DNA of 37,057 bases, from the IMG/VR virus record IMGVR_UViG_3300038675_000965, positions 1-37,057 of that record; one strand, given 5' to 3'. The stretch is from a virus (Duplodnaviria > Caudoviricetes). A model generated the notes under the pieces. The model had not been told where the DNA came from. It did not search any database and saw nothing but the letters and a program-made list of their open reading frames with translations. Shown here piece after piece: positions 15,417-24,725 of the stretch (positions are counted from its first letter, which is position 1; every line of letters starts with the position of its first letter). The position numbers and the translations under genes were made by a program.

Positions 15417-16930
15417 CGGGAAGCCTGCCAGAAGTTTTTCTGCCCTATCAACAAAGGCTTATGGCAGGAGTTTATGCTTATCATGTGGTTGTGGTCGAAA
15501 AATCCCGCCGAACGGGTTATTCATGGGCGGCGGCTAATATTGCAACGTTACTTGCAGGAGCAGAAAAAGCCGCAGGCGGAATGGACGTTTACTACATGGG
15601 CTATAATTTAGAAATGGCTCGTGAATTTGTTGATTATGTCGGCGATTTTGCTCGAATGCTTGGAACAAGCATTGTTTCTTCAGGAGAGTTTTTGTTTCCC
15701 GACCCTGATAAACCTGACAGCTACATTAAAGCTTTCAGGGTTGAGTTTGCGTCAGGCTTTAAAGTTGTGGCTCTGCCATCATCGCCCCGTTCACTTCGAG
15801 GCATGCAGGGTTTTGTTATTATTGATGAAGCCGCTTTTCATGATGACTTGGACAAATTGTTAAAAGCAGCTTTTGCTTTGTTAATATGGGGCGGCAAAGT
15901 TTTAATAATTTCTACTCATAACGGTGATGATAATCCTTTTAACAATCTGATTAACGAAATCCGAGAAGGCAAAAAACCTTATCATTTAGAGCGATGCACG
16001 TTTGAAGATGCATTGAAAGATGGGCTTTATAAAAGAATTTGTTTTGTTCAAGGAAAGATTTGGACAAGTTCAACTGAAGCAAAATGGACTGAGGAAATCA
16101 GGGCTTTTTACGGCGATGATGCTGAAGAAGAGCTTGACTGCGTGCCATCAAAAGGCGGCGGAAAGTATCTTGCCAGAGCTTCGATTGAGGCTTGCTCGGA
16201 TAAAGATGTTCCAGTTATCAGGCTGGATTTGCCAAATAGTTTTGCACTAATGCCTGAACATATCAGGACGGCTGAAATTAAAGACTTCTGCAGTGATAAA
16301 TTAAAACCGATTTTACTTTCGCTTGATAAAGACTGTCCTAGCTTTTTTGGACAGGATTTTGGCAGATTTGGAGATTTGTCGGTTTTGTGGCCGATTCAAA
16401 TAACAAAGTCAATGGTTAAGAAAACCCCGTTTGTTTTGGAGCTTCGCAACGTTCCTTTTGAGAGCCAGAAAGAAATTTTGTTTTACGTGGTGGACAGACT
16501 GCCGAGATTTTCGGGCGGAGCATTGGACGCTAAAGGCAATGGCTCTTATTTAGCTGAAGTTGCTTGGCAGAAATACGGCGAAGGTATGATTGAAAAAGTT
16601 AATTTTACAACTGAATGGTACCGAGAAAATATGCCTAAAATGAAGGCGGATTTTGACGATAAGAATGTAACGGTTCCTTATGATCGGGATATTTTTACCG
16701 ATTTTAATCAAATAGTTATGGAAAAAGGGGTCGCTAGAGTTCCTGAAGCCCGAACTAAAGATGCCAAAGGCAAGCAAAGACATGGCGATAGTGCAATTTC
16801 ATTGGCACTCGCAATTTTTGCGAGTTTAATGGAAACTTTTTCTTACGGCTATGAAACCCTTCGAGATGAAGAACAAAAACAAGGTTATGAAAATGACAAT
16901 AATCAAAGATTTGGAGGCGGAGCATGGTAA
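15413..16930 (+). CDS. Terminase large subunit (Mu gp28-like)
   Basis: LPYQ, EKSRRTGYS, IIDEAAF, ISTHNG, GQDFGR, HGDSA. Confidence 0.93.
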   Translation: MTGSLPEVFLPYQQRLMAGVYAYHVVVVEKSRRTGYSWAAANIATLLAGAEKAAGGMDVYYMGYNLEMAREFVDYVGDFARMLGTSIVSSGEFLFPDPDKPDSYIKAFRVEFASGFKVVALPSSPRSLRGMQGFVIIDEAAFHDDLDKLLKAAFALLIWGGKVLIISTHNGDDNPFNNLINEIREGKKPYHLERCTFEDALKDGLYKRICFVQGKIWTSSTEAKWTEEIRAFYGDDAEEELDCVPSKGGGKYLARASIEACSDKDVPVIRLDLPNSFALMPEHIRTAEIKDFCSDKLKPILLSLDKDCPSFFGQDFGRFGDLSVLWPIQITKSMVKKTPFVLELRNVPFESQKEILFYVVDRLPRFSGGALDAKGNGSYLAEVAWQKYGEGMIEKVNFTTEWYRENMPKMKADFDDKNVTVPYDRDIFTDFNQIVMEKGVARVPEARTKDAKGKQRHGDSAISLALAIFASLMETFSYGYETLRDEEQKQGYENDNNQRFGGGAW

Positions 16931-18474
16931 ACCCTGTTTTATACGGTGCTGACGGACAGCCGATTAATCGCAAAGCTCTTTTAGAAGAGGAAGCAGGAAC
17001 AACGCTTTCAGGCATTCGTTCAGTTTTGAGCGATTATTCATCTTCGGGGTTAACTCCTCAGAAACTTGCGACTTTATTAAAAGAATCAATCGACGGCGAC
17101 CCCGAAAGATATTTGGCTTTAGCTGAAGAAATGGAAGAAAAGGATCTTCATTATTTAGCGGTTATCGGCACCCGCAAAAGAGCTGTCAGCCAACTTGATA
17201 TTACGGTTGAGCCTGCGGGCGATGATAAAAACGACATTGCCAATGCTGAACTTTTAGAAGAGTTTATCCGCCGTGAAAATTTAGAGGACGAACTGTTTGA
17301 TATTTTAGATGCGGTGGGCAAAGGGTTCTCTGCAACTGAAATTATTTGGGATTATTCAGAAAAACAATGGATGCCGAAAGAATTAAAATGGTGCGACCCA
17401 AGATGGTTTGATTTTGACAGGGAAACCAGACAAAAACTAATGCTTAAAACTGATAGCGGACTTATGCCGTTATCGCCTTATAAATTTATTAATTGCTCGA
17501 TTAAAGCAAAATCTGGATTGCCGATAAGAGGCGGACTTGCCAGAGCAACCGCTTGGGCATATTTATTTAAAAACTTTGATTTAAAAGGCTGGATAACCTT
17601 TGCAGAGGTTTATGGACAGCCGATAAGACTTGGCAAATACCATCCATCGGCAACGGAAACAGATAAAAGAACGTTACTTAGAGCGGTTGCCAATATTGGT
17701 TCTGATGCCGCCGCAATTATTCCTAATAATATGCTGATTGAATTTATTGAAGGTAAAGCTTCTGGTGGCACCGATATCTATGAAAAAATGGCAGATTATT
17801 TTGATAGGCAGGTTTCAAAAGCAGTACTCGGACAAACGACAACCACCGATGCAATCTCTGGCGGTCATGCAGTTTCAAAAGAACATCAGGAAGTTAGGGG
17901 CGATATTGAGCGGAGTGATGCTAAACAACTTGGTGCGGTGCTTAAAAGGGATTTAGTTGTTCCCTTAATTACACTTAACAGGGGTCCTCAAGATAGATAT
18001 CCATCAATTAAAATTGGTCGAGCCGATAAAACGGATTTAACTGCAATTCAAAGAGTTTTGGCAGTTACTCTTCCTCATGGGCTTAAAGTTTCTCAAAAAG
18101 ATGTTCGGTCTAAAATTGGACTTAAAGAACCTGACGGCGAAGATGATATTTTGGGAATAAGCAAGGTTTCTTCTGACCCTTTACCTGAAGAAGAAATGGC
18201 AACAGCAATGCAGTCATCAAAACCTCCATCGCCGATTGATCCTGATGAAATTGATTTGATGGTTAGGGAACTTTTGGAAGATACTTCCGAAGTTTTGGAG
18301 CCTTTAATCAAACCTGTTATTGAAGTGACGGAAAGCTCTAATTCTTATGAGGAATTAAAAGAAAAATTGTCCTCTGCCATTATGAAAATGGATACTTCCA
18401 AATTGCAGGAAGTATTAGAAAAAAGCAATTTTTCAGCAAGAATTGCAGGGCGAAGCGGATATGTTAAGGAATAA
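16924..18474 (+). CDS. Portal protein (Mu gp29, DUF935)
   Basis: EMEEKDLH, FAEVYGQPIRLGKY, SKAVLGQTTT, HQEVR.DI. Confidence 0.93.
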   Translation: MVNPVLYGADGQPINRKALLEEEAGTTLSGIRSVLSDYSSSGLTPQKLATLLKESIDGDPERYLALAEEMEEKDLHYLAVIGTRKRAVSQLDITVEPAGDDKNDIANAELLEEFIRRENLEDELFDILDAVGKGFSATEIIWDYSEKQWMPKELKWCDPRWFDFDRETRQKLMLKTDSGLMPLSPYKFINCSIKAKSGLPIRGGLARATAWAYLFKNFDLKGWITFAEVYGQPIRLGKYHPSATETDKRTLLRAVANIGSDAAAIIPNNMLIEFIEGKASGGTDIYEKMADYFDRQVSKAVLGQTTTTDAISGGHAVSKEHQEVRGDIERSDAKQLGAVLKRDLVVPLITLNRGPQDRYPSIKIGRADKTDLTAIQRVLAVTLPHGLKVSQKDVRSKIGLKEPDGEDDILGISKVSSDPLPEEEMATAMQSSKPPSPIDPDEIDLMVRELLEDTSEVLEPLIKPVIEVTESSNSYEELKEKLSSAIMKMDTSKLQEVLEKSNFSARIAGRSGYVKE

Positions 18475-18477
18475 AAA

Positions 18478-19794
18478 ATGGCAAAAGTTGGTCCTTCCAA
18501 ATTCACTCCTTCTGAAGCAGTAAAATTTTTTAAACAAAAAGGCTACGGCTTAAATTTTCATTGGCGGGACGTTGCCAAAGAAGAACATGCCAATGCCTTT
18601 TTTGTTTCAAAAGCAACAGGAATTGAAGTTTTAGAAACTTTTAAGACTGCAATTGAAAAAAGCCTTGAGAACGGAACAACTTTTGAAGATTTTAAAAAAG
18701 ACGTTGTGCCAACCCTCCAAAAGCTCGGCTGGATTGGCAAAGCCGAAATGTTTGACCCTCGATTTGGCAAAACCGAAGAAGTTCTGCTTGGAACTCCCCG
18801 CAGGCTTAAAGTTATTTATGATACTAATCTTCGGACAGCTTATTCTGCAGGTACGTGGGAGCGGATTTTAGATAATCAAAAAGCTTTTCCTTATCTTCGT
18901 TATTCGGCGGTTATGGATAGTCGAACCCGTCCTGAACATAGCGAACTGCACGGCATAACGCTACCTGTCGATGATCCTTTTTGGGATACTCATTACCCTC
19001 CTAACGGCTGGTTTTGCAGGTGTACAGTTATGCAAGTGAGCCGTGAGCGGCTGGAAGCCGAAGGCTGGCAGGTTTCAAAGTCTCCTGAAATAGAATATGT
19101 AAACTATAATGATAAAAGAAACGGGGTTATAATAAAAGTTCCAAAAGGAATTGACCCTTCGTTTGATTACAATGTCGGCAAAGCCAGACGCAATGCTTTT
19201 GTTCCGCCGTCATCAGGCGGCAGTCTAGGGTCGTCAACTCCTCATTTTGATTTTAAACCTTATGATTTGCCAGAAAATGTTTTAGTGCAGAAACTGCCGC
19301 CCATGCCGAAAGCTGAAACTATGCCTGCAAGCTTACTGTTGCCATCAGGCAAAGCTGAAGAATTTTACATGAATGAATTTTTAAAAGAATTTTCTGCAAG
19401 CACTTCAAAAGATGCGGTTTTTATTGATAAAACAGGTCAGCCGCTGGTTATCGGCAAGGGAATGTTTTTGTCCCTTGATGGTAAAAGCAAAGTTTTAAAG
19501 GCAGGCAGAGAGCCTTATTTAAAAGTTTTGGCGGAAACAATTAAAAACCCTGATGAAATCTGGTGGGTCTGGGAAAAAGGCAAGGTTACAGGAAACTGGC
19601 TTTTAAAAAGACGATATTTAAAACGATGGGAGGGAGATGGCGGTGTTAACGGGCTGGCAGTTTTTGAATGGAATAAAAAAAGCTGGCTTGGCATAACAAC
19701 ATTTGTACCGAGTAAAAGAGTCGATATAGATAAATATTTAAAAAATCAACGGCAGGGATTGCTTGCTTATTATAAAAAAACTCCCAGCCGATAG
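18478..19794 (+). CDS. MuF (SPP1 gp7-like) minor head protein with a C-terminal PBECR-like nuclease domain
   Basis: RRLKVIYDTN, DSRTRPEH, PPNGWFCRC; C-terminal REPYLKVLAETIKNPDEIW..RRYL..W.GITTF..YL..QRQG. Confidence 0.85.
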   Translation: MAKVGPSKFTPSEAVKFFKQKGYGLNFHWRDVAKEEHANAFFVSKATGIEVLETFKTAIEKSLENGTTFEDFKKDVVPTLQKLGWIGKAEMFDPRFGKTEEVLLGTPRRLKVIYDTNLRTAYSAGTWERILDNQKAFPYLRYSAVMDSRTRPEHSELHGITLPVDDPFWDTHYPPNGWFCRCTVMQVSRERLEAEGWQVSKSPEIEYVNYNDKRNGVIIKVPKGIDPSFDYNVGKARRNAFVPPSSGGSLGSSTPHFDFKPYDLPENVLVQKLPPMPKAETMPASLLLPSGKAEEFYMNEFLKEFSASTSKDAVFIDKTGQPLVIGKGMFLSLDGKSKVLKAGREPYLKVLAETIKNPDEIWWVWEKGKVTGNWLLKRRYLKRWEGDGGVNGLAVFEWNKKSWLGITTFVPSKRVDIDKYLKNQRQGLLAYYKKTPSR

Positions 19795-19870
19795 GAACTG
19801 GGAGTGTGTGAAAGAAGTTTGGACGTGTTTCCTATCTCACCATTAAACTTGCAGACACAAAATAATTATA
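19774..19870 (-). ncRNA. Candidate ~85-nt structured sRNA (kissing-loop) antisense to the MuF 3' end
   Basis: Minus-strand TATAAT (19865-19870), two hairpins with complementary loops, terminal stem plus U7. Confidence 0.55.
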
Positions 19871-20100
19871 AATCTACCGGGATAAAAAATCCATAAAAAA
19901 GATGTTTTTAAAAAACCGCCTCAAATGCGTTTAAATTTTTGAAGTCAAGTTTTAGGCTACAACTTAACCTATTTTTAAAAGATACGCACACAGACCCGTT
20001 TAGTGGGTGTTTAATTTTGATGTTTCAGATTGATTTTTTGTGCAGTGACAGATTTTTGATTTTTTAAAAACCCATGCCCAATCTTATTTAGAAAACATAA

Positions 20101-20149
20101 AACCATGACAAATGTCATGGTTATTGGCTGGTTTACTTGAATTTATAGT
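20101..20149 (+). promoter_or_regulatory. Late (head operon) promoter: activator palindrome plus -10
   Basis: AACCATGACA-AA-TGTCATGGTT perfect IR; TATAGT 26 nt after the TGACA-N2-TGTCA core. Confidence 0.7.
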
Positions 20150-20192
20150 CGCTCATTATGGTTTTTAAATCAATAGTTTTTTTTGAGGCGAC

Positions 20193-21233
20193 ATGAAAGA
20201 CAAAACTTTAATCGCAATTCATTCAGTTTCACTCGGCAATGAAGTTCCTTCGAGCATTCATATTCTGCCAAACGGTAAGTTTGACGGACGTGACGGCAGA
20301 GGACCTTATGTTGCAAGTGATTTAAAAAAAATTGTTGAAACTACTAACCATCTTTCAAGAGGTGTGGATATTGCCATAGATTATGAACATCAGTTTGATT
20401 ATGCGTCTTTAAACGGCAAGCCTGCACCCGCAGGCGGCTGGATTAAATCTTTAGAAATTAAAGAAGACGGCATTTGGGGAAATGTCGAATGGACGGAAGC
20501 GGCACATAAAATGATTGCTCAAAAAGAGTATCGTTATTTGTCGCCAGTATTCAGGTTTTTTCCTAAATCAGGTGAAATTCATTCTATCAGGGGAGCTTCG
20601 CTTACCAATAATCCCAACCTCTTGTTAACTTCACTAAATTCAATGGAGGAAAGCGAAAGTATGGATCCAAAACTTGGCAGTCAGCTTGCGACTGTGCTGG
20701 GACTTCCCGATACCGCAAAAGATGAGCAGATTGTCTCTGCGGTTTCGAAAGTCTTAAGCGAAAGCAAGCATTCGGCAGAAAATTTAGGCAAAGTTGCGAA
20801 AGCTCTAAAGCTTGATGAAAAAGCCGATGTTGAAACAGTTCTTGCAAGCATCAAACCAGTTGCAACAAATCCGCATGCAACCAATGACCCAACAAAGTTT
20901 GTGCCGTTTGAAAAGTTTAATGAAATTGCAACTGCTCTTAACTCTCTTCAAACGGAAGTTGCGGTTCAAAAAGCGACCGATGCGGTTAATTCTGCCATGA
21001 AAGAAGGTAAAATTACTCCTGCTTTAAAAGACTGGGCGATTTCAATGCATAAGGCTGACCCTGTTAAATTTGCGGAGTTTATTAAAAACCAGCCCGTTAT
21101 TGCAGGGACTTCCGAGCAAACCGCTAAACATTCTGCCGTATCTAAGCTTGATGACACGCAAATTGCGATATGCAAACAGCTTAATGTTTCGGAAGAAGAT
21201 TACCTCAAAGAACTTAATAAGGAGGTTAACTAA
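20193..21233 (+). CDS. Mu-like prohead protease I with an embedded scaffold Z (probable internal start 20661)
   Basis: IDYEHQ, APAGGWI, VEWT..A, YRYLSPVF, LTNNPNL; internal GGAGG..ATG MDPKL. Confidence 0.92.
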   Translation: MKDKTLIAIHSVSLGNEVPSSIHILPNGKFDGRDGRGPYVASDLKKIVETTNHLSRGVDIAIDYEHQFDYASLNGKPAPAGGWIKSLEIKEDGIWGNVEWTEAAHKMIAQKEYRYLSPVFRFFPKSGEIHSIRGASLTNNPNLLLTSLNSMEESESMDPKLGSQLATVLGLPDTAKDEQIVSAVSKVLSESKHSAENLGKVAKALKLDEKADVETVLASIKPVATNPHATNDPTKFVPFEKFNEIATALNSLQTEVAVQKATDAVNSAMKEGKITPALKDWAISMHKADPVKFAEFIKNQPVIAGTSEQTAKHSAVSKLDDTQIAICKQLNVSEEDYLKELNKEVN

Positions 21234-22075
21234 TGCCTTTAACTAAAGATCGAAACACTCCTGAAAAAGCAGGGGTACTTTTTGAATATCCTGTTGCAAC
21301 CGGAGTTAAAATTTTTGCGGGGGCAATAGTTTGTTTAAATGCCTCTGGATATGCAGTTCCTGCATCAACGGCAACAACTTTAAAAGTCATCGGCAGAGCT
21401 GAAGAGCTTGCGGATAATTCTGGAGGCTCTAACGGCGATATTAACGTAAAGGTTAAACGAGGAGTTTTTCTTTACAAGAATTCTGCCAGCGGCGATGCCA
21501 TAACTTTGGCAGAAGTCGGAGCGGTATGCTACCTAGTTGATGATGAAACCGTTGCTAAAACATCGGGAACAAATACCCGCTCGAGAGCAGGTTATGTGGT
21601 TGATGTTGAAACGGCTGGAGTTTGGGTTTTGATGGGATTAAGTATTCTTTCTGACCCAAGCGGAGCCCTTCTTTCTGCAAGTAATCTTTCAGACTTAGCC
21701 AATGCGGCAACTGCCAGAGCTAATCTTGGGGTTGCGGTTTCAGAAATTGAACTTGACAGCGTTGATTTAGTTGGAGCTAACACCGCAGTTTACCGCAAAG
21801 TCTTACGCGGTGCCGGCACAATTTCAAAGATAACCAGCATTATTGATAAAGCTTTAACGGTCGGCGATGCCACGATTACAGCGGCAATTAATGGAACGCC
21901 CGTAACGACAGGAGCAATAACCGTTACTCAAGACGGCTCAGATGCTGGTGATATTGATGCAGTGTCGCCAAGTGCTTTAAACACGTTTACCGATGGTCAG
22001 GTTTTAACTTTGACAGTCGGCGGAACCAATACGGCTGAGGCTCTTGCCAATGTTCGTATTGATGTAACTAGGTAA
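21233..22075 (+). CDS. Capsid decoration/cement protein with a fibre-like C-terminal extension
   Basis: N-terminal PVATGVKIFAGAIV..VGAVCYLVDDETV..GVWV, then NLSDLANAATARANLGV and a beta-rich domain. Confidence 0.7.
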   Translation: MPLTKDRNTPEKAGVLFEYPVATGVKIFAGAIVCLNASGYAVPASTATTLKVIGRAEELADNSGGSNGDINVKVKRGVFLYKNSASGDAITLAEVGAVCYLVDDETVAKTSGTNTRSRAGYVVDVETAGVWVLMGLSILSDPSGALLSASNLSDLANAATARANLGVAVSEIELDSVDLVGANTAVYRKVLRGAGTISKITSIIDKALTVGDATITAAINGTPVTTGAITVTQDGSDAGDIDAVSPSALNTFTDGQVLTLTVGGTNTAEALANVRIDVTR

Positions 22076-22089
22076 GGGAGAAAAAACTT

Positions 22090-22983
22090 ATGCTAATAAA
22101 TAAATCTAACATATCCGCTGTCTCGTTTGGGTTTAGAACCATTTATAATAGTGCGTTTACAACCGCCCCAAGCGATTTTGCCAGAATTGCGATGATTATT
22201 ACTTCAATCAGTGCAACTGAGAAATACGGTTGGCTCGGCAAAACTACAAGGTTTAGAGAATGGCTCGGCGACAGAGTTATTCAAAACCTGATGGCTCATG
22301 ACTATGAAATCAAAAACAAAACTTTTGAAAACACAGTCGGGGTTGCTAGAGAGGATATTGAAGACGATAACTATGGGGTTTATAACCCGATGATTTCACA
22401 GCTCGGGATTGATGCAAAACAACACCCTGATGAGTTAATTTTTGCTCTGGTTAAAGCTGGCTTTAATACCGCTTGTTATGATGGGCAGTACTTCTTTGAT
22501 GATGACCACCCTGTTTTAGATGAAAAAGGAGACGTTCAAAGCGTTTCTAATATGCAGGCAGGTTCTGCGGAACCGTGGTATCTCTTCTCAACTAAAGGTG
22601 CGGTTAAGCCGTTTATTTTCCAAAAACGCAGAGATTATCAGTTCGTTCCTAAAGATGATATTAGAGATGATAATGTTTTTCATCAAAAACAATTTATCTA
22701 CGGGGTTGATGCTAGAGTTAATGCTGGGTATGGTTTATGGCAACTTGCTCATGGTTCGAAAGCCACCCTTAATGCAACAAATTACGGGCTGGCTCGAACG
22801 GCAATGATGAGCCTTAAGGGTGATAACGGCAAGCCACTTAACATTAAACCTGATCTTCTGGTGGTTCCACCAGCTTTAGAAGCGGCGGCACTTGAAATCG
22901 TCACAGCTGAAAGAAATGCCGCAGGTGCAACTAATATTTACCGCAATACAACGGAAGTATTAGTGACACCGTGGCTGGCTTAA
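22090..22983 (+). CDS. Major capsid protein (Mu gpT-like)
   Basis: YGWLG....REWLGDR, CYDGQYFFDDDHPV, YGVDAR.NAGYG.WQLA, LLVVPP.LE. Confidence 0.95.
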   Translation: MLINKSNISAVSFGFRTIYNSAFTTAPSDFARIAMIITSISATEKYGWLGKTTRFREWLGDRVIQNLMAHDYEIKNKTFENTVGVAREDIEDDNYGVYNPMISQLGIDAKQHPDELIFALVKAGFNTACYDGQYFFDDDHPVLDEKGDVQSVSNMQAGSAEPWYLFSTKGAVKPFIFQKRRDYQFVPKDDIRDDNVFHQKQFIYGVDARVNAGYGLWQLAHGSKATLNATNYGLARTAMMSLKGDNGKPLNIKPDLLVVPPALEAAALEIVTAERNAAGATNIYRNTTEVLVTPWLA

Positions 22984-22995
22984 GGGGGGTGCGAT

Positions 22996-23265
22996 ATGAA
23001 TAAAATTATCCGCATTACCTCCAAACGTGACGGCTTTAGGAGGGGTGGAATTGCCCACCCTTTTAAAGCTACGGATTATGATGTTTCAGTTTTTTCTAAA
23101 AAACAACTCGAAGCATTAAAATCAGAGCCAATGCTGGTTGTTGAAGAAGCTGAAGTTTTTTTGGAAGAAACATCTTCTGAACCTTCTGATGCTTCAACAG
23201 CTGAATGGCAGAAAGCTGAAACATCAGAAAAGCCTAATAATTCCAAAGCAAAGGGTAAAAAATAA
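22996..23265 (+). CDS. HI1506/Mu gp35-like protein
   Basis: RITSKRDGFRRGGIAH..QLEALKSEPMLVV. Confidence 0.8.
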   Translation: MNKIIRITSKRDGFRRGGIAHPFKATDYDVSVFSKKQLEALKSEPMLVVEEAEVFLEETSSEPSDASTAEWQKAETSEKPNNSKAKGKK

Positions 23266-23663
23266 TGCCTTATGCAATTTTGCAAGACATGATTAACAGT
23301 TTTTCGGAAGAGGAAATTTTAAGGCTTTCCCCTGATGATGAAGCTATAACCCGTGTTCTTGCAGATGCTGATGCCTTAATCAATGGTTATTTGGGCGGGC
23401 GGTATGCTTTACCGCTTGCCCAAGTGCCGCCGATGTTAACTTTGCTTGCCTGTGACATTGCGTTTTACCGCCTTCACAGCCTTAACCCTACAGAAATAGC
23501 CGAAAAACGCTACAACGATGCGGTTAAAACTCTTAGAGATATTGCTGACGGCAGAATTAAGCTTCAGCTTGACGGCATTAATGAAGCTCCTCAAGGATCA
23601 GCCGTAGTTATGACTGATGCCCCGCCTAAAATTTTTACCCACAACAGCATGAAGGAGTTCTAA
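23265..23663 (+). CDS. Head-tail adaptor Mu gp36 (DUF1320)
   Basis: DADALINGYLGGRYALPL..CDIAFYRL..RYNDAVKTL. Confidence 0.9.
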   Translation: MPYAILQDMINSFSEEEILRLSPDDEAITRVLADADALINGYLGGRYALPLAQVPPMLTLLACDIAFYRLHSLNPTEIAEKRYNDAVKTLRDIADGRIKLQLDGINEAPQGSAVVMTDAPPKIFTHNSMKEF

Positions 23664-23664
23664 C

Positions 23665-24147
23665 ATGGGCGTTAAAATAACAATTAATTCAACCGAACTT
23701 AAAAAAAATTTAGAAAAAATAGTTCAAAAAATAGATAATTTAAAACCTCTAATGGCTGATATCGGCTCGGAAATTGAGGCTTCAACTAAAAAAAGATTTG
23801 AAGATGAAGTCTCGCCTGCAGGAGAGAAATGGACACCTTCAATTGAAGCCTTATTAAACAACCGTAAAACTTTAAGTAAAAGCGGTCTTCTTAAAATCAG
23901 CATTCAAAAAAAAGTTTTAAACAAAAGCGTTTTGGTTGGAAGCGACAGAATTTATGCCGCTATTCAACAACTTGGAGGAAAAATTAGAGCTAAAAATACT
24001 CCAAATCTTGTTTTTAAAATTGGTGCAAAAATAATTCGTAAAAAAGAAGTTTATATTCCGCCTCGTCCTTATCTTGGAATTTCAAAAACAGATGAAAATT
24101 TGGTGGTGGCTCACATTAAAAGAGCGGTTTTGGAGGGCTTGTCATGA
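23665..24147 (+). CDS. Virion morphogenesis protein (Mu gpG-like)
   Basis: RFEDEVSPAGEKW, VGSDRIYAAIQQLGG, IPPRPYLGIS. Confidence 0.88.
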   Translation: MGVKITINSTELKKNLEKIVQKIDNLKPLMADIGSEIEASTKKRFEDEVSPAGEKWTPSIEALLNNRKTLSKSGLLKISIQKKVLNKSVLVGSDRIYAAIQQLGGKIRAKNTPNLVFKIGAKIIRKKEVYIPPRPYLGISKTDENLVVAHIKRAVLEGLS

Positions 24148-24563
24148 GTTTTTATGCCCTTCTTTTAGAAAAAATTAAAACTGACTTCAAAGATGATTTT
24201 AAACAAATCGGCGGAACGCTTGATTTTTCTGCACTTCGTGACGGACAGGTTGCAACGCCTTCGGTTTTTGTCATGCCGATTACTGAAACCGCATCTCCAA
24301 ACGAGAGAATAAACGGGATTTCTCAGAACGTTAAAGAAGAAGTTGCTGTTGTGATTGCAATTAGAGCTCCTAACGATAGAAGCGGGTTTAAAGCTAATGA
24401 TGAGCTTTTAGAAATAAGGGAAACTCTCCGTTTAAAAATACTTGGCTGGGAGCCTTTTGAAAGAGGTGCAGTTGAGTTTGTCAGAGGGGATTTGGTTGAT
24501 ATTGAAAACGGTTATGTCTGGTGGCGGGACGTTTACCAGACCAATGGTTATATTTTTGCTTAA
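24144..24563 (+). CDS. Tail terminator-like protein
   Basis: TPSVFVMP, LGWEP, WWRDVY; position before the tail tube. Confidence 0.7.
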   Translation: MSFYALLLEKIKTDFKDDFKQIGGTLDFSALRDGQVATPSVFVMPITETASPNERINGISQNVKEEVAVVIAIRAPNDRSGFKANDELLEIRETLRLKILGWEPFERGAVEFVRGDLVDIENGYVWWRDVYQTNGYIFA

Positions 24564-24575
24564 AAGGAGAATAAA

Positions 24576-24725
24576 ATGCCGAGGTACAGACTTGTGGACG
24601 GAAAAAAAGTTTTAGTTGGAAAAGCTACGGCTACAAAAAAACCTGAACTAAACATTCAGATTGAACAAGAACCTAAAGAGGAAAAATCCTCTTTTAAAAA
24701 AAACAAACGAAGAGGAGATAAATAA
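24576..24725 (+). CDS. Small basic hypothetical protein (49 aa)
   Basis: AAGGAG RBS; TAATG overlap with the tail tube gene. Confidence 0.55.
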   Translation: MPRYRLVDGKKVLVGKATATKKPELNIQIEQEPKEEKSSFKKNKRRGDK

